This document shows positions 50,801 to 63,000 of a DNA stretch of 64,000 nt, one piece after another. This DNA comes from Bugula neritina (lineage: Eukaryota > Animalia > Bryozoa). The stretch spans positions 186,001 through 250,000 of the forward strand of contig CAXIUT010000097.1 in the NCBI GenBank assembly GCA_964035545.1, in the 5' to 3' direction. The position numbers and the translations under genes were made by a program. The notes under the pieces are model-generated. The model was not told the DNA's origin, searched no databases, and saw only the letters and a list, made by a program, of their open reading frames with translations. Every line of letters starts with the position of its first letter. Within the stretch, counting starts at the first letter, position 1.

Positions 50801-51168
50801 AAATACTGTAACACACTGAAATATACTGCAAAATGCTGAAATACACTGCTACATACTGAAATATACTGCGACACACTGCAACATACTGCAACATACTAAA
50901 GTATACTGCAACATACTGAAATACACTGTAAAATACTGAAATACACTATAACATATTGAAATATACTGCAACATACTGAAATATACTGCTACATACTGAA
51001 ATATACTGCAACACACTGCAACATACTGCAACATACTAGAATACACTGTAACATAATGAAATACACTGCAACACATTGAAATATACTGCAAAATACTGAA
51101 ATACACTGCTATATACTGAAATACACTGCAACACACTACAACATACTGCAACATACTAAAATATACTG
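41043..51168 (+). repeat. 5058-bp near-perfect tandem duplication (2 copies, junction about 46101)
   Basis: Offset is a constant 5058 from 41223/46281 to 45791/50849. I found only six substitutions by eye (42303/47361, 42962/48020, 43219/48277, 43291/48349, 44400/49458, 45777/50835). Confidence 0.94.
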
Positions 51169-54067
51169 CAACATACTGAAATACACTGCAAAATACTGAA
51201 ATACACTGTAACACACTGAAATATAGTGCTACATACTGAAATATACTGCAACATACTGCAACATAGTGAAATACACTGTAACATACTGAAATACACTGCA
51301 ACATACTACAACATATTTCAATACACTGCAACACATTGAAACATACTGCAACATACCTAAATATACGGTAATATACTGAAGTATACTGTAACACATTGAA
51401 AAACACTGCAACATACTGAAATACACTGCAACATACTGAAATACACTGTAACATATTGGAATACACTGCAACACATTGAAATATACTGCAAAATACTGAA
51501 ATACACTGCTACATACTGAAATATACTGCAACATACTGCAACATACTGAAATACACTGCAACACATTCAAATACACCGCAAAATACTACAACATACTGAA
51601 ATGCACTGTAACATATTGAAATACACTGCAACGCATTGAAATATACTGCAATGTACCGAAATATATGGTAAACTACTGAAATATACTGTCACACATTGAA
51701 AAACACTGCAACATACTGAAATATACTGCGACACATTACAATATACTGTAACATACTGAAATAGGCTGTAGCACACTGAAATACACTGCAACTCACTGAA
51801 ATATACTGCAACATACTGAAATACACTGTAACATATTGAATTATACTGCAACATACTGAAATACATTGCTACATACTGAAATATACTGCAACATACTGCA
51901 ACATACTGAAATACACTGTAACGTACTGAAATACGCTGCAACATACTACAACATATTGAAAGACACTGCAACACAGTGAAATGTTATGCAACATACCTAA
52001 ATATACGGTAATATACCAAAATATACTGTAACACATTGAAAAATACTGCAAAATACTGAAATACACTGCAACACACCGAAAAACACTGAAAATACTGTAA
52101 CACACTGAAATATACTGCAAAACACTGAAATACACTGCTACATACTGAAATATACTGCGACACACTGCAACATACTGCAACATACTAAAATACACTGTAA
52201 CATATTGAAATACACTGCAACACTTTGAAATATACTGCAATGTACCGAAATATATGGTAAACTACTGAAATATACTGTCACACATTGAAAAATACTGCAA
52301 CATACTGAAATATACTGCGACACATTGCAATATACTGTAACATACTGAAATATGCTGTAGCACACTGAAATACACTGCAACTCACTGAAATATACTGCAA
52401 CATACTGAAACACACTGTAACATATTGAAATATACTGCAACATACTGAAATACATTGCTACATACTGAAATATACTGCAACATACTGCAACATACTGAAA
52501 TACACTGTAACGTACTGAAATACGCTGCAACATACTACAACATATTGAAAGACACTGCAACACATTGAAATATACTGCAAGATACCTAAATATACGGTAA
52601 TATACCAAAATATACTGTAACACATTGAAAAATACTGCAACATACTGAAATACACTGCAACACAACGAAAAACACTGAAAATACTGTAACACACTGAAAT
52701 ATACTGCAAAATACTGAAATACACTGCTACATACTGAAATATACTGCGACACACTGCAACATACTGCAACATACTAAAGTATACTGCAACATACTGAAAT
52801 ACACTGTAAAATACTGAAATACACTATAACATACTGAAACATACTGCAACATACTGAAATATACTGCTACATACTGAAATATACTGCAACACACTGCAAC
52901 ATACTGCAACATACTAGAATACACTGTAACATAATGAAATACACTGCAACACATTGAAATATACTGCGAAATACTGAAATACACTGCTATATACTGAAAT
53001 ACACTGCAACACACTACAACATACTGCAACATACTAAAATATACTGCAACATACTGAAATACACTGCAAAATACTGAAATACACTGTAACACACTGAAAT
53101 ATAGTGCTACATACTGAAATATACTGCAACATACTGCAACATAGTGAAATACACTGTAACATACTGAAATACACTGCAACATACTACAACATATTTCAAT
53201 ACACTGCAACACATTGAAACATACTGCAACATACATAAATATACGGTAATATACTGAAATATACCGTAACACATTGAAAAGCACTGCAACATACTGAAAT
53301 ACACTGCAACATACTGAAATACACTGTAACATATTGGAATACACTGCAACACATTGAAACATACTGCAAAATACTGAAATACACTGCTACATACTGAAAT
53401 ATACTGCAACATACTGCAACATACTGAAATACACTGCAACACATTCAAATACACCGCAAAATACTACAACATACTGAAATGCACTGTAACATATTGAAAT
53501 ACACTGCAACGCATTGAAATATACTGCAATGTACCGAAATATATGGTAAACTACTAAAATATACTGTCACACATTGAAAAACACTGCAACATACTGAAAT
53601 ATACTGCGACACAATGCAATATACTGTAACATACTGAAATAGGCTGTAGCACACTGAAATACACTGCAACTCACTGAAATATACTGCAACATACTGAAAT
53701 ACACTGTAACATATTGAATTATACTGCAACATACTGAAATACATTGCTACATAGTGAAATATACTGCAACATACTGCAACATACTGAAATACACTGTAAC
53801 GTACTGAAATACGCTGCAACATACTACAACATATTGAAAGACACTGCAACACAGTGAAATGTTATGCAACATACCTAAATATACGGTAATATACCAAAAT
53901 ATACTGTAACACATTGAAAAATACTGCAAAATACTGAAATACACTGCAACACACCGAAAAACACTGAAAATACTGTAACACACTGAAATATACTGCAAAA
54001 CACTGAAATACACTGCTACATACTGAAATATACTGCGACACACTGCAACATACTGCAACATACTAAA
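50246..54067 (+). repeat. 1878-bp tandem duplication (2 copies)
   Basis: ORF offsets are 1878 (50260/52138, 50849/52727, 51567/53445, 51869/53747). Shared variants are CACTTTGAAA (50343, 52221) and GTGAAATGTTATGCAAC (51976, 53854). Confidence 0.9.
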
Positions 54068-54069
54068 GT

Positions 54070-57000
54070 ATACTGCAACATACTGAAATACACTGTAAAA
54101 TACTGAAATACACTATAACATACTGAAATATACTGCAACATACTGAAATATACTGCTACATACTGAAATATACTGCAACATACTGCAACATACTGCAACA
54201 TACTAGAATACACTGTAACATAATGAAATACACTGCAACACCTTGAAATATACTGCAAAATACTGAAATACACTACTACATACTGAAATATACTGCAACA
54301 TACTGCAACATACTGAAATACACTGCAACACATTCAAATACACCGCAAAATACTACAACATACTGAAATGCACTGTAACATATTGAAATACACTGCAACG
54401 CATTGAAATATACTGCAATGTACTGAAATATATGGTAAACTACTGAAATATACTGTCACACATTGAAAAACACTGCAACATACTGAAATATACTGCGACA
54501 CATTGCAATATACTGTAACATACTGAAATAGGCTGTAGCACACTGAAATACACTGCAACTCACTGAAATATACTGCAACATACTGAAATACACTGTAACA
54601 TATTGAAATATACTGCAACACACTGAAATATAGTGCTACATACTGAAATACACTGCAACATACTGAAATATACTGCGACACATTGCAATATACTGTAATA
54701 TACTGAAATATGCCGTAGCACACTGAAATACACTGCAACATACTGAAATACACTGTAACATATTGAAATATACTGCAACACACTGAAATATAGTGCTACA
54801 TACTGAAATATACTGCAACATACTGCAACATAGTGAAATACACTGTAACATACTGAAATACACTGCAACATACTACAACATATTTCAATACACTGCAACA
54901 CATTGAAATATACTGCAACATACCTATATATACGGTAATATACTGAAATATACTGTAACACATTGAAAAACACTGCAACATACTGAAATACACTGCAACA
55001 CATTCAAATACACCGCAAAATACTACAACATACTGAAATGCACTGTAACATATTGAAATACACTGCAACACATTGAAATATACTGCAATGTACCGAAATA
55101 TATGGTAAACTACTGAAATATACTGTCACACATTGAAAAATACTGCAACATACTGAAATATACTGCGACACATTGTAATATACTGTAATATACTGAAATA
55201 TGCTGTAGCACACTGAAATACACTGCAACATACTGAAATACACTGTAACATATTGAAATATACTGCAACATACTGAAATACACTGCAGAATACTGAAATA
55301 CACTGTAACATACTGAAATACACCGCAAAATACTACAACATATTGAAATGCACTGTAACATATTGAAATACACTGCAACACAATGAAATATACGCAACAT
55401 ACCTAAATATACAGTAATATACCAAAATATACTGTAACACACTGAAAAATACTGCAACATACTGAAATACACTGTAACATATTGAAATATACTGCAACAT
55501 ACTGAAATACACTGCTACATACTGAAATTTACTGCGACACGCAGCAACATACTGCAACATACTAAAATACACTGTAACATATTGGATTACACTGCAACAC
55601 ATTGAAGTATACTGCAAAATACTGAAATACACTGCTACATACTGAAATTTACTGCGACACACTGCAACATACTGCAACATACTAAAATGCACTGTAACAT
55701 AGTGAAATAGACTGCAACACATTGAAATATACTGCAAAATACTGAAATACACTGCTATATACTGAAATACACTGCAACACACTACAACATACTGCAACAT
55801 GCTAAAATATACTGCAACATACTGAAATACACTGCAAAATACTGAAATACACTGTAACATACTGAAGTATACTGCAACATACTGAAATACACTGCTACAT
55901 ATACTGAAATATACTGCAACACACAGCAACATACTGCAACATACTAAAATACACTGTAACATATTGGAATACACTGCAACACATTGAAATATACTGCAAA
56001 ATACTGAAATAAACTGCTACATACTGAAATATACTGCGACACACCGCAACATACCGCAACGTACTAAAATACACTGTAACATATTGAAATAGACTGCAAC
56101 ACATTGAAATATACTGCAAAATACTGAAATACACTGCTACATACTGAAATATACTGCAACACACTGCAACATACTGCAACATACTAAAATATACTGCAAC
56201 ATACTGAAATACACTGCAGAATACTGAAATACACTGTAACATACTGAAATATACTGCAAAATACTGAAATACACTGCTACTTACTGAAATATACTGCAAC
56301 ACACTGCGACATACTGCAACATACTAAAATACACTGTAACATATTGAAAGACACTGCAACACATTGAAATATACTGCAATGTACCGAAATATATGGTAAA
56401 CTACTGAAATATACTGTCACACATCGAAAAAAACTGCAACATACTGAAATATACTGCGACACATTGCAATATACTGTAACATACTGAAGTACACTGCAAA
56501 ATATTCAAATACACTGTAACATATTGAAATATACTGCAACATACTGAAATACAGTGCTGAATACTGAAATATACTGCAACATACTGCAAGATAGTGAAAT
56601 ACACTGTAACATACTGAAGTATACTGAAACATGCTGAAATACACTGCTACATACTGAAATATACTACAACACACAGCAACATACTGCAACATACTAAAAT
56701 ACACTGTGACATATTGGAATACACTGCAACACATTGAAATATACTGCAAAATACTGAAATACACTGCTACATACTGAATTATACTGCGACACACTGCAAC
56801 ATACTGCAACATACTAAAATACACTGTAACATATTGAAATAGACTGTAACACACTGAAATATACTGCAAAATACTGAAATATACTGCAAAATACTGAAAT
56901 ACACTGCTACATACTGAAATATACTGCAACACACCGCAACATACTGCAACATACTAAAATATACTGCAACATACTGAAATACACTGCAGAATACTGAAAT

Positions 57001-60000
57001 ACACTGTAACATACTGAAATATACTGCAAAATACTGAAATACACTGCTACATACTGAAGTATACTGCAACACACTGCGACATACTGCAACATACTAAAAT
57101 ACACTGTAACATATTGAAATACACTGCAACACATTGAAATATACTGCAAAATACTGAAATACACTGTTATATACTGAAATACACCGCAACACATTACAAC
57201 ATACTGCAACATGCTAAAATATACTGCAACATACTGAAACACACTGCTACATACTAAAATATACTGCAACATACTGCAACATAGTGAAATACACTGTAAC
57301 ATACTGAAATACACTGCAACATACTACAACATATTGACATACACTGCAACACCTTGAAATATACTGCATTATACCTAAATATACGGTGATATACCAAAAT
57401 ATACTGTCACACATTGAAAAATACTGCAACATACCGAAATATACTGCGACACATTGCAATATACTGTAACATACTGAAATATGCTGTAGCACACTGAAAT
57501 ACACTGCAACATACTGAAATACACTGTAACATATTGAAATATACTGCAACATACTGAAATACAGTGCTACATACTGAAATATACTGCAACATACTGCAAC
57601 ATAGTGAAATTCACTGTAACATACTGAAAAACACTGCAACATACTGCAACATATTGAAATACACTGCAACACATTGAAACATACTGCAACATACCTAAAT
57701 ATACGGTGATATACCAAAATAAACTGTAACACATTTAAAAATACTGCAACATACTGAAATACACTGCAACACTCTGAAATACACTGCAAAATACTGTAAC
57801 ACACTGAAATATAATGCAAAATACTGAAATATACTGCAAAATACTGAAATACACTGCTACATACTGAAATATACTGCAAAACACCGCAACATACTGCAAC
57901 ATACTAAAGTACACTGCAACATACTGATATACACTGCAAAATACTGAAATACACTATAACATACTGAAATATACTGCAACATACTGAAATATACTGCTAC
58001 ATACTGAAATATACTGCAACACACTGCAACATACTGCAACATACTAGAATACACTGTATCATAATGAAATACACTGCAACACATTGAAATATACTGCAAA
58101 ATACTGAAATACACTGCTATATACTGAAATACACTGCAACACACTACAACATACTGCAACATGCTAAAAGCTGCAACATACTGAAATACACTGCTACATA
58201 CTGAAATATACTGCAACACACTGCAACATACTGCAACATACTAAAGTATACTGCAACATACTGAAATACACTGCAGAATACTGAAATACACTGTAACATA
58301 CTGAAATATACTGCAAAATACTGAAATACATTGCTACATACTGAAATATACTGCAACACACTGCGACATACTGCAACATACTAAAATACACTGTAACATA
58401 TTGAAATACACTGCAACACATTGAAATATACTGCAATGTACCGAAATATATGGTAAACTACTGAAATATACTGTCACACATTGAAAAATACTGCAACATA
58501 CTGAAATATACTGCGACACATTGCAATATACTGTAACATACTGAAATACGCTGTAGCACACTGAAATACACTGCAACATACTGAAATACACTGTAACATA
58601 TTGAAATATACTGCAACATACTGAAATACAGTGCTACATACTGAAATATACTGCAACATACTGCAACATAGTGAAATTCACTGTAACATACTGAAAAACA
58701 CTGCAACATACTACAACATATTGAAATACACTGCAACACATTGAAATATACTGCAACATACCTAAATATACGGTGATATACCAAATAAACTGTAACACAT
58801 TTAAAAATACTGCAACATACTGAAATACACTGCAACACTCTGAAATACACTGCAAAATACTGTAACACACTGAAATATACTGCAACACACTGCAACATAC
58901 TGCAACATACTAGAATACACTGTAACATATTGAAATATACTGCAACATACTGAAATACACTGCTACATACTGAAATTTACTGCGACACACAGCAACATAC
59001 TGCAACATACTAAAATACACTGTAACACATTGGAATACACTGCAACACATTGAAATATACTGCAAAATACTGAAATACACTGCTACATACTGAAATTTAC
59101 TGCGACACACTGCAACATACTGCAACATACTAAAATGCACTGTAACATAGTGAAATAGACTGCAACACATTGAAATATACTGCAAAATACTGAAATACAC
59201 TGATATATACTGAAATACACCGCAACACACTACAACATACTGCAACATGCTAAAATATACTGCAACATACTGAAATACACTGCAAAATACTGAATTACAC
59301 TGTAACATACTGAAGTATACTGCAACATACTGAAATACACTGCTACATACTGAAATATACTGCAACACACAGCAACATACTGCAACATACTAAAATACAC
59401 TGTAAAATATTGGAATACACTGCAACGCATTGAAATATACTGCAAAATACTGAAATAAACTGCTACATACTGAAATATACTGCGACACACCGCAACATAC
59501 CGCAACGTACTAAAATACACTGTAACATATTGAAATAGACTGCAACACATTGAAATATACTGCAAAATACTGAAATACACTGCTACATACTGAAATATAC
59601 TGCAACACACTGCAACATACTGCAACATACTAAAATATACTGCAACATACTGAAATACACTGCAGAATACTGAAATACACTGTAACATACTGAAATATAC
59701 TGCAAAATACTGAAATACACTGCTACTTACTGAAATATACTGCAACACACTGCGACATACTGCAACATACTAAAATACACTGTAACATATTGAAATACAC
59801 TGCAACACATTGAAATATACTGCAATGTACCGAAATATATGGTAAACTACTGACATATACTGTCACACATTTAAAAATACTGCAACATACTGAAATATAC
59901 TGCGACACATTGCAACATACTGTAACGTACTGAAATATGCTGTAGCACATTGAAATACACTGCAACTCACTGAAATATACTGCAACATACTGAAATACAC

Positions 60001-63000
60001 TGTAACATATTGAAATATACTGCAACATACTGAAATACACTGCTACATACTAAAATATACTGCAACATACTGCAACATAGTGAAATACACTGTAACATAC
60101 TGAAATACACTGCAACATACTACAACATATTGAAATACACTGCAACACATTGAAATATACTGCATTATACCTAAATATACGGTGGTATACCAAAATATAC
60201 TGTCACACATTGAAAAATACTGCAACATACTGAAATATACTGCGACACATTGCAATATACTGTAACATACTGAAAAATGCTGTAGCACACTGAAATACAC
60301 TGCAACATACTGAAATACACTGTAACATATTGAAATATACTGCAACATACTGAAATACAGTGCTACATACTGAAATATACTGCAACATACTGCAACATAG
60401 TGAAATTCACTGTAACATACTGAAAAACACTGCAACATACTACAACATATTGAAATACACTGCAACACATTGAAATATACTGCAACATACCTAAATATAC
60501 GGTGACATACCAAAATAAACTGTAACACATTTAAAAATACTGCAACATACTGAAATACACTGCAACATTCTGAAATACACTGCAAAATACTGTAACACAC
60601 TGAAATATACTGCAACACACTGCAACATACTGCAACATACTAGAATACACTGTAACATATTGAAATATACTCCAAAATACTGAAATACACTGCTACATAT
60701 TGAAATATACTGCAACATACTGAAATACACTGCAAAATACTGAAATACACTATAACATACTGAAATATACTGCAACATACTGAAATATACTGCTACGTAC
60801 TGAAATATACTGCAACACACTGCAACATACTGCAACATACTAGAATACACTGTAACATAATGAAATACACTGCAGAATATTGAAATACACTGTAACATAC
60901 TGAAATATACTGCAAAATACTGAAATACACTGCTATATACTGAAATACACTGCAACACACTACAACATACTGCAACATGCTAAAAGCTGCAACATACTGA
61001 AATACACTGCCACATACTGAAATATACTGCAACACACAGCAACATACTGCAACATACTAAAATATACTGCAACATACTGAAATATACTGCATCATACTGA
61101 AATATACTGCTACATACTGAAATGTACTGCAACATACTGCAACATAGTGAAATTCACTGTAACATACTGAAAAACACTGCAACATACTACAACATATTAA
61201 AATACACTGCAACACATTGAAATATACTGCAACATACCTAAATATACGGTGATATACCAAAATAAACTGTAACACATTTAAAAAGACTGCAACATACTGA
61301 AATACACTGCAACACTCTGAAATACACTGCAAAATACTGTAACACACTGAAATATACTGCAACACACTGCAACATACTGCAACATACTAGAATACACTGT
61401 AACATATTGAAATATACTGCAACATACTGAAATACACTGCTACATACTGAAATTTACTGCGACATACAGCAACATACTGCAACATACTAAAATACACTGT
61501 AACATATTGGAATACACTGCAACACATTGAAATATACTGCAAAATACTGAAATACACTGCTACATACTGAAATATACTGCAACACACTGCAACATACTGC
61601 AACATACTAAAGTATACTGCAACATACTGAAATACACTGCAGAATACTGAAATACACTGTAACATACTGAAATATACTGCAAAATACTGAAATACATTGC
61701 TACATACTGAAATATACTGCAACACACTGCGACATACTGCAACATACTAAAATGCACTGTAACATATTGGAATAGACTGCAACACATTGAAATATACTGC
61801 AAAATACTGAAATACACTGCTACATACTGAAATATACTGCAACACACTGCAACATACTGCAACATACTAAAATATACTGCAACATACTGAAATACACTGC
61901 AGAATACTGAAATACACTGTAACATACTGAAATATACTGCAAAATACTGAAATACACTGCTACATACAGAAATATACTGCAACACACTGCGACATACTGC
62001 AACATACTAAAATACACTGTAACATATTGAAATACACTGCAACACATTGAAATATACTGCAATGTACCGAAATATATGGTAAACTACTGAAATATACTGT
62101 CACACATTGATAAAACTGCAACATACTGAAATATACTGCGACACATTGCAATATACTGTAACATACTGAAATATGCTGTAGCACACTGAAATACACTGCA
62201 ACTCACTGAAATATACTGCAACATACTGAAATACACTATAACATATTGAAATATACTGCAACATACTGAAATACAGTGCTACATACTGAAATTTACTGCA
62301 ACGTACTGCAACATAGTGAAATACACTGCAACATACTGCAAGATAGTGAAATACACTGTAACATACTGAAATACACCTCAAAATACTACAACATATTGAA
62401 ATGCACTGTAACATATTGAAATACACTGCAACACATTGAAATATACTGCAACATACCTAAATATACGGTAATATACCAAAATATACTGTAACACATTGAA
62501 AACTACTGCAACATACTGAAATACACTGAAACACACCGAAAAACACTGAAAATACTGTAACACACTGAAATATACTGCAAAATACTGAAATATACTGCAA
62601 AATACTGAAATACACTGCTAAATACTGAAATATACTGCAACACACCGCAACATACTGCAACATACTAAAGTATACTGCAACATACTGAAATACACTGCAA
62701 AATACTGAAATACACTATAACATACTGAAATATACTGCAACATACTGAAATACAGTGCTACATACTGAAATATACTGCAACATACTGCAACATAGTGAAA
62801 TAAACTGCAACATACTGCAAGATAGTGAAATACACTGTAACATACTGAAATACACCGCAAAGTACTACAACATATTGAAATGCACTGTAACATATTGAAA
62901 TACACTGCGACACATTGAAATATACTGCAAAATACCTAAATATACGGTAATGTACCAAAATATACTGTAACACATTGAAAAATACTGCAACATACTGAAA

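Noticed and set aside
41043-51168. Assembly artefact as the explanation for the large duplications
   Set aside because: Not favoured for the 5058, 5746, 1929, 1350 and 1878 pairs because the copies carry distinguishing substitutions with consistent nested patterns. It cannot be fully excluded without reads, especially for the 3127 pair.
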